A program made the translations under genes and the position numbers. Shown one piece after another: positions 49,064-57,786 of a DNA stretch of 64,000 nucleotides (position 1 is the stretch's first letter; each line of letters opens with the position of its first letter). Location of the stretch: the NCBI GenBank assembly GCA_000146465.1, contig CP001946.1. One strand, given 5' to 3'. Under the pieces are notes generated by a model. The model was not told where the DNA came from. It did not search any database and was given only the letters and a program-made list of their open reading frames with translations.

Positions 49064-49793
49064 CGGTCTCGAGAATACTAAGTTTTTTATCTAAATCGGA
49101 TTCCCCTTCCTCCTCCGCTCTGCATCTGTCCTGATATATAGGCTCAAAATGCCCATGGGTGTAGAAAATGGAGATCTCGTGAGGATGGTCTCCATAAACA
49201 TCCTCATTGTCTTTTGTGATATCTACAACATGAATTCGAACAGGTATACTTCCAGAAAGGGCACATATCTCCACACATCCGGCCTGCTGGTAGAAGGGAT
49301 CTACAAATCTTGTGCAGTACTTACCCACGTCCATCTCCGGGATGTAGGGCTGATACTTGTCCGGATTCGACTTTATTTCTGTTGAAACAATAAGCCTTAG
49401 GTATGCAACACAATCATATAGTGAGTAAAGAGGAACATCTTCGATCTTTTTTGTCCCATTGGCTATGTCCACCAAGATTTCGACAAACGAATCATAAAAC
49501 CCTTTGTATCCCAGCTCGTCTATATTATACAGGCAGAGGGCTTCATTCGTCTTATCAAATGCATCAATCAAAGTTCTTAATAGAACATCCTTTTCAGCAG
49601 CCAGGAGGTCTGCAAGCGCAACTGCATAGGAGATGTACAGGCAATTCCCATCCCGGATACATTCTCGGAACATTGTGTATGACTCCATGATTCTCTGAAT
49701 CCGAGCTGTGTACAAGGGATCGTGGAAGTACTTATGTTCTATAAGGTTCTTCTTGGCGCTGGTGGATGCCTCCGTATTTGTTTTCTCGGCCAT
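49023..49793 (-). CDS. otubain-like OTU deubiquitinase
   Basis: IRDGNCLYISY is the catalytic Cys motif (DGNCFYRA in OTUB1). VAYLRLIVSTEIK parallels VVYLRLLTSGYLQ. The His motif HGHFEPIY parallels PGHYDILY. The 3' end overlaps the FCF1 start by 41 bp. Confidence 0.65.
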   Translation of the reverse strand: MAEKTNTEASTSAKKNLIEHKYFHDPLYTARIQRIMESYTMFRECIRDGNCLYISYAVALADLLAAEKDVLLRTLIDAFDKTNEALCLYNIDELGYKGFYDSFVEILVDIANGTKKIEDVPLYSLYDCVAYLRLIVSTEIKSNPDKYQPYIPEMDVGKYCTRFVDPFYQQAGCVEICALSGSIPVRIHVVDITKDNEDVYGDHPHEISIFYTHGHFEPIYQDRCRAEEEGESDLDKKLSILETDGGEACNKKQESC

Positions 49794-49922
49794 TGGAAAG
49801 GGGTAGAGGAAAGAAGGAAAATTGTTGATGATCTCGGCATAGGGAGCATCTCCAAGACTCCAACCAGCAGAATACTTCTAGGAGTTTTCGTTTTATCGGA
49901 AATATATGAAAACCCTTGAGGC

Positions 49923-51080
49923 ATGAAAGGAAACAAACTGAAGAAGGAGTGCATTTCCATCTTCATGAATCTGGCAAAGACAACCCTTGGATCTGGGATA
50001 CTAAGATATCCGTTTCTCTTCAAGACATATGGAGTTTGGTACACCATTCTTCTAACGTCTGTGTCTGCTCTGGCATCGCTTTTTGGGCTGTGGCTGTACA
50101 TCGACTTGAACGACTTCTATGGCCTGGACAACTCGATGTCGACAATAGCAAGATACATATATCCTCCATTGCAGCCGATTGTGAATATAACTGTATGTCT
50201 CAAGTGCTTCTTGGTATGCACGGCATACCTTGTTCTACTCAAAAATAATCTTCCAGGAACAGTAAAAAGCATTTTTGGGCTGCAGAGCAGCTACCAGACC
50301 TTGTGCATGCTCGGGGTGGTTCTATGTGTGTTTCCATTTGTGTCCATGCACAAGATCGATAAGCTGAGGTATACTTCTTCGTTTGGGCTCTGTGCTGTCA
50401 TAGGTCTTATGCTGTTGTCGGTATATAGATATGCAACAGCCGAGGATGTTCCTGTCTTTGAAGAGACAAAGGGAGGAAACTATCTGGGAGAGCTGGGGAG
50501 CTTTGTGTTTGGGTTTACTTGCCATCAGAACATATTTTCTGTGCAGAACGAAATGAAGGTGAACAACAAGACTGCGTTGAAGATGACTGTGTTTCTTATG
50601 CTAGTGGCGGCGTCCTCTGTATACATAACTTTTGGACTCACCAATTATCTTGTTCTTGGTAACGGGATGAAGGAGAACTTTTTCGAAAATATACCCGAGG
50701 GCATGAAGAGCATAATCTCTATGTTTTATTTTCTTGTTGTGATGATGTCCATTCCGCTGCAGACACACCCGTGCAGGAAGTACTTCCTCGATCTCTTTGA
50801 CACAAGATACTCTACAGATGGAAAATACTGGCACTTAAGGTTTGTAACCAGCCTATTCATAATACTACTATCGTTTATAATTGCCATGAATGTGTCGAAG
50901 ATGGAAAAACTATGCGAGATTGTGGGAGGAACCTTCTCGGCTCTCATGTGCTTTATATTTGGATCGCTGTACTACTTTATTGCCTTCTGGAACAGAGGAT
51001 TTGAGGTGAAGAAAATACTGGCGTTCTTTGTCCTGGCATATGGTGTTGCGGCATTTGTCTCTCTGTTCCTTGCGCCATGA
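49923..51080 (+). CDS. amino acid transporter (AAAP/Aa_trans family, ~10-11 TM helices)
   Basis: The N-terminal FMNLAKTTLGSGILRYPF motif is typical of the Aa_trans family, and the protein is polytopic and hydrophobic throughout. Confidence 0.7.
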   Translation: MKGNKLKKECISIFMNLAKTTLGSGILRYPFLFKTYGVWYTILLTSVSALASLFGLWLYIDLNDFYGLDNSMSTIARYIYPPLQPIVNITVCLKCFLVCTAYLVLLKNNLPGTVKSIFGLQSSYQTLCMLGVVLCVFPFVSMHKIDKLRYTSSFGLCAVIGLMLLSVYRYATAEDVPVFEETKGGNYLGELGSFVFGFTCHQNIFSVQNEMKVNNKTALKMTVFLMLVAASSVYITFGLTNYLVLGNGMKENFFENIPEGMKSIISMFYFLVVMMSIPLQTHPCRKYFLDLFDTRYSTDGKYWHLRFVTSLFIILLSFIIAMNVSKMEKLCEIVGGTFSALMCFIFGSLYYFIAFWNRGFEVKKILAFFVLAYGVAAFVSLFLAP

Positions 51081-51304
51081 TATGTCCAAAGCATTTACCA
51101 GAGGCCGGTTGGTAGGGGAGGCCCTTCCTTTTGATTTGTCTCCAGAGAGGTCCAAAGCCAATTCAACTATCAATAAACTAGTACCAGGTTTTTTCTGATA
51201 ATACAATATGCCAATCCTAAAAGTACTTCTTCCTCGAATTCTAAAACACTCTGTTTCAGAACAAGGCCTGAAAATATAAATTCGCCAAGAACACTACTGC
51301 AGAC

Positions 51305-51988
51305 ATGAATGGCATCTTAAGCTTAGTTCTATTTGAATGGGCCATGTGCTTAGAAAAGGCTTTTAACCCTGTTCTCCCATCGACCGACTTTTATAAACCA
51401 AGCACAACATCTTCTGATAATGGACTTCTTGGGCCGAAGATTGAGGGATCGGCTGGTATTCATGATCCAGTGGCTTTTGGAGAAGGAAACTTCTACAAAC
51501 TTCTGCATCCATCGATGACTCGACTAACCAGCTATCTGAACGACCACAGCTCGGAGTTCAGCGAATGGTATCGCTCTCCTAGCTTGATCATGGGCGAGGA
51601 CCTTAAGGAAAAGATCATCTCTGGTCTGTACAAGGCCCAACCCAAGGATGACAAGGAGCTCAAGGAGTTCTGGGGTCTGATAATGGGAGAGCTTCTTATC
51701 AGAGACCTTCCGGAACTGAAGTCGGACCTTTCGAGCCTGAAGGAAATCCAGAACGAAGAGGATAAGAAGAAGAGCATAGCCGAGTTCAAGGGGATCAATG
51801 AGAAGAGGATCAACGAAGAAAACAACTTCTTTGGAACAGCATTGTTTATTCTAGATTGTCTTTCTCTCGGAGTAACCAACCGAAATGCAGAAATCTATCC
51901 CGATGTTATTGGGCCGTTCGTGGATGCAGCAATTGCCTTCAAGACTCTTGAGCATAGCTTTTCAAACATAATTGGATCTTCTAAATAG
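51305..51988 (+). CDS. hypothetical protein (227 aa), no recognisable homology
   Basis: A clean ORF with a 224-bp upstream spacer. Moderately hydrophobic N-terminus, E/K-rich middle. Confidence 0.35.
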   Translation: MNGILSLVLFEWAMCLEKAFNPVLPSTDFYKPSTTSSDNGLLGPKIEGSAGIHDPVAFGEGNFYKLLHPSMTRLTSYLNDHSSEFSEWYRSPSLIMGEDLKEKIISGLYKAQPKDDKELKEFWGLIMGELLIRDLPELKSDLSSLKEIQNEEDKKKSIAEFKGINEKRINEENNFFGTALFILDCLSLGVTNRNAEIYPDVIGPFVDAAIAFKTLEHSFSNIIGSSK

Positions 51989-52082
51989 CTTAATTTGTGG
52001 GAAGCAAATAGGCTCTAATGAAGAATAAAATGTATATATGTGGTTTCGTGATATTAGTGGGTCCCTGCGGCCGGCCCGTCGA

Positions 52083-52165
52083 GGTGGCGTGGCCGAGCGG
52101 TCTAAGGCGGCAGACTTAAGATCTGCTATCGGAAGATGTCGTGGGTTCGAACCCCACCGCCACCA
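52083..52165 (+). tRNA. tRNA-Leu (anticodon UAA), class II with long variable arm
   Basis: Acceptor GGTGGCG/CGCCACC and a 3-bp D-stem (GCC/GGC) with an 11-nt D-loop. Anticodon stem GCAGA/TCTGC with loop CTTAAGA, so anticodon TAA. A 14-nt variable arm. T-arm GTGGG-TTCGAAC-CCCAC. Discriminator A. No encoded CCA. The A-box TGGCCGAGCGG and B-box GGTTCGAACC are internal. Confidence 0.8.
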
Positions 52166-52180
52166 TTCTTTTGTGTTTTT
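52166..52180 (+). terminator. RNA polymerase III oligo-T terminator downstream of tRNA-Leu
   Basis: TTCTTTTGTGTTTTT lies directly 3' of the discriminator base (T4 and T5 runs). Confidence 0.55.
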
Positions 52181-52246
52181 CCTCTCCTCAGAGTCCTGTC
52201 TCTGGACAATCTGCCAAAGACTTCCAAGTCTAAAAAACGAAAAGAT

Positions 52247-52900
52247 TTAATAGAGAGTTATTGGTGATGTTTGATTGGTCTTGATCATCACTCCCTTCAA
52301 GCTTTGCGAGCCCTTCTTCAGGTATGAGATGAGCAGCCCCATCCCTGTCTTGATGTTTTCATATATGTGGTCTGTTTCCATTCCAGTATGGCCCACAGGA
52401 AACGAGGTAACTGCAAAGTCCTTGATACGGAGCTTGTAAGACCTTTTTGCCGTCTCAAATACCGTCTTGATATCGTCGTCGTTCTTAAGAATATAGGGTG
52501 TCTTTCCACACCGAAGAATGTTCTTGAGCTGGAAGACCTTGTTATATCCTGGGCAGAGGATAAAATACTTGTTCCTCTTCAGCACCTCGTCTCTCTTGGC
52601 TTTCTTGTTGTCTCCGCTGATCTCTTCAATAGACACATACGGTACCTCTGCATCAACACATGTCTGAACATGTGCCTCATCGGCAATCACAATTGTCTTG
52701 TCGAGTCTTCGCACCTTGTAGGGAAAGGCCATGTCCTTCGACAGTTTATTATCTTTCCTGGCATCATATCCCTTGAGATTCACTTGGATCTGGATCGTAG
52801 CTGTCTTCTCTGCATCCTCGTTTTCCTTCAGACGGTTGATAACCGAGATAATTCTCTTGGCCTCAAGAAATGCAAGTTGCTCCTCGCCTTGCTTGCTCAT
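52247..52900 (-). CDS. RPL10A: 60S ribosomal protein uL1 (L10a)
   Basis: MSKQ...VNLKGYDARKD...FAVTSFPVGHTGMETDHIYENIKTGMGLLISYLKKGSQSLKGVMIKTNQTSPITLY is collinear with L10a (VQLKGYDPQKD...AVAVGHVKMTDDEL...LY). AAATTTTT and GGGG motifs are found upstream. Confidence 0.85.
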   Translation of the reverse strand: MSKQGEEQLAFLEAKRIISVINRLKENEDAEKTATIQIQVNLKGYDARKDNKLSKDMAFPYKVRRLDKTIVIADEAHVQTCVDAEVPYVSIEEISGDNKKAKRDEVLKRNKYFILCPGYNKVFQLKNILRCGKTPYILKNDDDIKTVFETAKRSYKLRIKDFAVTSFPVGHTGMETDHIYENIKTGMGLLISYLKKGSQSLKGVMIKTNQTSPITLY

Positions 52901-52931
52901 CTTACCCCTTGTAAAGGCAAAAATTTTTAAA
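52901..52931 (-). promoter_or_regulatory. AAATTT-like plus CCC-like proximal promoter motifs upstream of RPL10A
   Basis: On the gene's sense strand: ttaaaaatttttgcctttacaaggggtaag, then ATG. Confidence 0.4.
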
Positions 52932-53040
52932 TCTTCTTCAGGATCCGAGAAAGATCCTTCTATTTAAACAGCTCTATGGCATTCTATTTTATTATGTCTG
53001 TGTTCTTGGAAATGAACATAGCCCATGGCATAGGCCCTGG

Positions 53041-53871
53041 TCACTTGTAATTACTGTAGCTACAGTGGATCTTGTAGTGTTGTAGCATATTGTCTTTTCT
53101 AGAGAACCTCTTGTTGCAGTCCTTGTTCAAGCACTTGAACGGCCTCAATCTGGTATGAACTATGTAGTGCCTTTTAATTCTACTCAAGGTAGGCAACTCC
53201 ATAGTGCATCCCTCGTACGGGCAGACGTAGGACTTTACCCCATTCTTGGATTTATAAGGGAACATCGATGTTTCAAAGTCTGCAAAGCTTTCTATTCCTG
53301 CTTTCCTTGTATCGGAATCCTCCTGAGATACCGACAGCGACTCAGAATCCCTGGACTTCCTGCCCGCCTCAGGCTCCACTTTATTTACCTCTTCCAGCAC
53401 TTCTCTCTTTCTTCTTTTTATCTCCCTTTTCTTCTCGTTGGCCTCTCTGTTCATCTCCAGGTGTCTGTTGATCCTTCCCCTGACAATCCTCCTCATCTCT
53501 TCCTCGGCCTCAAGAATAAGAAACCTTAAGGACATTAGCTTCTCGTCAAACTCCTCCGAATCTTCACTATGAACTGACCATTGGCTCTCAACCGACATAG
53601 GCGTGTTCAATCCGTCGCTGTTGTCGTTTCCATGGTATTGGGTGCGGCACTTCTTTTTGTCTCTAGGGTCTATGTCTTTATTATAAACACTTCCCCATGG
53701 GTAGCCTAGAGAAGAAAAGTCTCTGTTCCGCTTTCTCTTTTCTCCTCGATATCTGTTCCCTCCTCGTCCCAGCTCATAGAACCCTAGATAATTGCTATCG
53801 TTTTCATCTCTGCTTGATTCCTCGCTGAAGTCGAGCCTTCTTCGATTCATCTCCACTCTGTTCTTCAACAT
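53041..53871 (-). CDS. C2H2 zinc-finger protein (two or three C-terminal fingers; basic/acidic N-terminal region)
   Basis: [55 protein letters not shown] gives consecutive C2H2 fingers. Confidence 0.6.
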   Translation of the reverse strand: MLKNRVEMNRRRLDFSEESSRDENDSNYLGFYELGRGGNRYRGEKRKRNRDFSSLGYPWGSVYNKDIDPRDKKKCRTQYHGNDNSDGLNTPMSVESQWSVHSEDSEEFDEKLMSLRFLILEAEEEMRRIVRGRINRHLEMNREANEKKREIKRRKREVLEEVNKVEPEAGRKSRDSESLSVSQEDSDTRKAGIESFADFETSMFPYKSKNGVKSYVCPYEGCTMELPTLSRIKRHYIVHTRLRPFKCLNKDCNKRFSRKDNMLQHYKIHCSYSNYK

Positions 53872-54039
53872 TTCTTCCTTTTCCCTCTATCGATTATATT
53901 TCCGTTCCATGATTAAGGAGTTGTACTCCTTATCTGCTATTGCCAATGGCAGGGCTCGGAACAACCATATTTCCACCCATCCTCCAAAGACTCGTAAAGA
54001 GTGCAGCCGTAAAAATTTGTAGAAACAAAGGCCTCACTC

Positions 54040-55107
54040 ATGATATTTTCAATAGGAGACCAGAAAAAGAAATACGAGACAAGGGAGGATGTCTCAGGGG
54101 TGGTACAAGAAATAAAAAAGTCTCTGGACGAGCTTGTGGAGGTTGATCTGTCTGGAAACCATTTTTCCGAAGAGGCAATGGAAGAAATATGCCATGTCCT
54201 CAGGGATGCCAAGAACCTCCACGTGATCAATCTTTCCAGTGCGTTTCTGGGCCTTGACAAGGAGAAGCTGTACTCTAATCTCGCCATGCTTTCAAAAATG
54301 CTTGCCAATCACAAGATACAGAAGATTGACCTGAGCGACAATGCCATAAGCTCGGAGTTTCCCCCTGAGCTCGGGGAGTTTATTTCCTCGTCCACTGATT
54401 TGGTCCACTTGAAAATGAACAACTGTGGGCTTGGGAAGATCGGAGGGGGTAGGCTGGGAGAGTATCTTCTCAAGATAGCAGACAAGACCAAGCTGGAGGT
54501 GGTGGATATTGCCCAGAACAGGTTTTTCTCTTTTCCAAAGGAGCTTTCCGACGCACTGCTAGGATTCAAGAATATCAAGGAGCTTCGAATCCAGTACAAT
54601 ACAATCGAGGAAGAGACAATGCTTGAGTTCCTAAGGGCATTCCAGAGCCATTCTCTTGAGGTGCTTGACATAAGAGATAACTTCCTGTCTCTAGAAGGGT
54701 CCAGATACCTGGGGAGTCTTTATTGTGAATGGAATCTGAGGGAACTCAGGGTTGGAGACTGTATGATGGGAAACGAAGGAGTGAAGGATTTCCTCGAAAG
54801 AGCAAACAAGAAATTTGTGCCAATGGCCCTTCCTGGGGATTACGACGGCAAGAGGGAAAGAATTGCCCTCGATATATCGTACAATGAGTTTGAGCAAGAT
54901 GCTGTTGAAATTCTCAAGGACTTCTGCAGTCGGAATATCATCAAGGAGCTCGTTGTGTTTGGAAACTACTACGACGACATAAGCGATATCATCGATATTG
55001 TTGAAAAGCAAGGAGGAGTTGTTATAACTGAGGAGCATACAGATCTGTCCAGCGACTCTGGGATGGAGATAGATGAGTCTGTGATTGAAGGGATTGCAGA
55101 GATGTAG
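54040..55107 (+). CDS. RNA1: Ran GTPase-activating protein (RanGAP1/Rna1; leucine-rich repeats)
   Basis: LSGNHFSEEAMEEICHVL...IDLSDNAIS...LKMNNCGLGKIGGGRLGEYL parallels RanGAP1 LEGNTVGVEAARVIAKAL...LDLSDNAFG...[20 protein letters not shown]. Acidic C-terminus. Confidence 0.75.
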   Translation: MIFSIGDQKKKYETREDVSGVVQEIKKSLDELVEVDLSGNHFSEEAMEEICHVLRDAKNLHVINLSSAFLGLDKEKLYSNLAMLSKMLANHKIQKIDLSDNAISSEFPPELGEFISSSTDLVHLKMNNCGLGKIGGGRLGEYLLKIADKTKLEVVDIAQNRFFSFPKELSDALLGFKNIKELRIQYNTIEEETMLEFLRAFQSHSLEVLDIRDNFLSLEGSRYLGSLYCEWNLRELRVGDCMMGNEGVKDFLERANKKFVPMALPGDYDGKRERIALDISYNEFEQDAVEILKDFCSRNIIKELVVFGNYYDDISDIIDIVEKQGGVVITEEHTDLSSDSGMEIDESVIEGIAEM

Positions 55108-55283
55108 GCGGCAGGGATTTGGCTGATCCTCTACAGGAATTCCTTAGTCTACGGTGTTGGAATAAATGGTTGTTCTGCCTAAGCGCTTCTTGTGTTGACT
55201 GGGAGTAATATCTGGAAATGTTTGGAAAATTGGACGATGAATAAAATGAAAACCCGTCTTTGGGGTAAGAAGAAGATTTCTGG

Positions 55284-57362
55284 ATGATCAAAAAAGACGC
55301 AGAAGAGATTCTTATGGATCCTCTTGCAGGAAACATCATTGATGCAGAGGAAATAGTTGCAAGGAGCGAGATAAGGGATGAGCAAGCAAGAGTTTTGGAA
55401 GAGGAAAAGGAAGATGGAAGAAAAGGATCCAGATATAAAAGGCTGCAGACTGTCTTGGGAGAAGGGACATTCAAGAAGGTTTACAAAGCAGTTGACCAGG
55501 AGGAGGGGAAGGAGGTTGCATGGAATGAGATCAAAATCAACGAGAAGGGGCAGGACAGCAAAGAGAGGGCATTATTTGCCAATGAAATAGCACTCCTGAA
55601 GTCTATTTCACATCCTAACATCCTTCGGATCCTCGACTATTGGTTTACGGCTGACAGCTTTATATTTATCACGGAGCTGATGAGTGGAGGAACACTCCGG
55701 GAGTACATAGCAGAGATAGGGGATCTGAACGTCAAGCTTATAAAGAAGTGGGGAAGGAACATTCTTGAGGGACTTGTGTATCTTCACAGCCAGGATCCTC
55801 CGATTATCCACCGGGATATTAAGTGCGAAAACATCTTTGTGAATGCAGCTCTTGGAGAGGTGAAGATAGGAGATCTTGGGGTTGCCAAGGAAAGAAGGAT
55901 GAAAAGATATACTGTTGTTGGAACTCCGCAGTTTATGGCAAGAGAAATGTTTGAGGGAGAAGGATATGGGGAGAAGATAGATGTGTATGCATTTGGGATG
56001 TGTTTGATTGAGATGGCAACGGGGGCGTATCCATATAGGGAATGCACTACGGCTGCAGAGGTCTACAAGGCAATTATACAAGGGGTTCCTCCTGTTGTCT
56101 TGAACTCTATCAAGGACGTATGTCTTAGGAATCTGATTATGAACTGCTTAGTCTCTGAAAAAGACAGGCTAAGGAGTGTGGATTGCTTGAAGCACCATTT
56201 CTTTGACAGTAGTAGCACATGCAATGGAGAATGCATTCCTGCTGAGTGCATGTCTGGAGTTCCTCTGACAGCACCTGCAAATGACATGGAAATAAGTTTT
56301 CTGTCATTCAAGGATAATGTAATTACATTTCAATTGTTTTTCATGAGCATGGCAAGGTTCATCAAGTTTGACTACGACCTCCAGTCAGACACTGTTGAGG
56401 ATGTTGCAAATGAGATGCTGGAGGAGGAGGTAGTATCTGAGGATCAGAGAGACACGCTTCTTGGGCTTCTATCACGGGGAATTGAAAAGGCAAAGCAGCG
56501 GATTGAAGAGATGGAGTGTAAGAATACAGAAGAAGAGATGAAGAAGTTGAGCATAGATACAGAGAAGGAAAAGAGCAAGGCAGAAGGGCCGAAGAATGAT
56601 TTCAACAAAATAACGGACAGAAATCTGAGTATAGAGGAGGTTGAATCGATGCTGGAGATAGATGTGAAGTTTTGCCAGGATGAGACCAGCCGTCTGTATA
56701 CCTGGTCCAGAACGGTAAGAAATGGGGATTCGAAAGTGGGGGTGGAAATTGGATCTTCTCCAGACCATTCGCCAGAACTATTACCCAGCGAAGGAATAAT
56801 GGAGGAACAGAAAAAGACTGGGGGAGGAAAGTGCTTCGACGAACTGGAGTGTCCCAATAGAAAATACGATGAAGATGTCTCTATTGAAGAGTTTGCAGCA
56901 GATGTTTCGGTTGCGACAAAGAGATCATCTGAAACAGTTACCAATTGGATAAAGGCATTCAAGTCGAATGATATCGACAGTGTGTTTGAACTAAAGATTC
57001 TTGTGGACGAGGACTGGGACAAGCTTGGGCTCACTGTTTTTTCGAGCCGAGCCATGAAGAACATGCTCTATGGAGTTGGCAAGATTCCTCTGAAGGAGAA
57101 GCAGCTTCCTACCAACACCTCGATCAAGGACTATGGAGGAGGGGTTGAGATCAAAGAGTTTCTCCATGAGATCGGGGCTATAGTTGGTAAGGACAAGTGT
57201 GTGTCTATCTGGGAAAGCAAACTTCTTGCACAGGATATTAGGACTGTCGAGGAGCTCCGATCGCTGCACCAGGACGACTGGGATAGACTGGGTCTATCTG
57301 TGTACTCGTGCAGGGTGATCAAGAATGTTATTTACAAAAAAGGAAGAGTAGTGCTTTGCTGA
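55284..57362 (+). CDS. WNK-family serine/threonine kinase with PF2/CCT-like autoinhibitory domain and two C-terminal SAM-like domains
   Basis: Gly-loop lysine with no beta3 lysine ([13 protein letters not shown]...VAWNEI versus WNK1 GRGSFKTVYKGLD...VAWCEL). Catalytic loop [15 protein letters not shown] matches WNK1 [27 protein letters not shown]...[30 protein letters not shown] parallels GTPEFMAPEMYE...[29 protein letters not shown]. The PF2-like region [25 protein letters not shown] parallels AIEFSFDLERDVPEDVAQEMVES. Two tandem SAM-like repeats (WIKAFK...[24 protein letters not shown] and [23 protein letters not shown]). Confidence 0.7.
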   Translation: [692 protein letters not shown]

Positions 57363-57497
57363 GCGACTAGCTGGCTCTTTACGATATTAAAGAACGGGTT
57401 TCTCCATAATCTATCTTGGGATTTTCGCAGTCTGTTATGTGGGAGGGATTTTGGAACTTTCTGGAGCAGGGAAGTTAAAAGAAAAGAAGGGTAGCCC

Positions 57498-57722
57498 ATG
57501 AGAAGGATGAGCAAGAGCTATGATGTTATTCAGATTCCAGGAAGTATCAAGCACTCAGACCTTCCCGAGAGAATGGAGATTGGAAAGCCCTTTGAGATTA
57601 ACGGAGACTTGTATATATGTGAGAAGAGGGGCGAAGGAATGATGAAGGTATGCTCTGAGAGCGAGGGAAGGACAAGCACGCCTGTCTTGAGTCGGGGGTT
57701 TTATGTAGTCCGGAGGATGTGA
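57498..57722 (+). CDS. small hypothetical ORF (74 aa)
   Basis: ATG-initiated, fills the 420-bp gap between the WNK kinase and PGI. No homology recognised, so it may not be a real gene. Confidence 0.2.
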   Translation: MRRMSKSYDVIQIPGSIKHSDLPERMEIGKPFEINGDLYICEKRGEGMMKVCSESEGRTSTPVLSRGFYVVRRM

Positions 57723-57786
57723 ATATGTCAAACATATTTCATAAATGATTGAAGTCTATATAAGAAAGCTAAAAGAATAAACAACA

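Noticed and set aside
56444-57064. 206-aa minus-strand ORF within the WNK kinase gene
   Set aside because: It is antisense to the conserved kinase and SAM region and is a Ser-rich shadow ORF.
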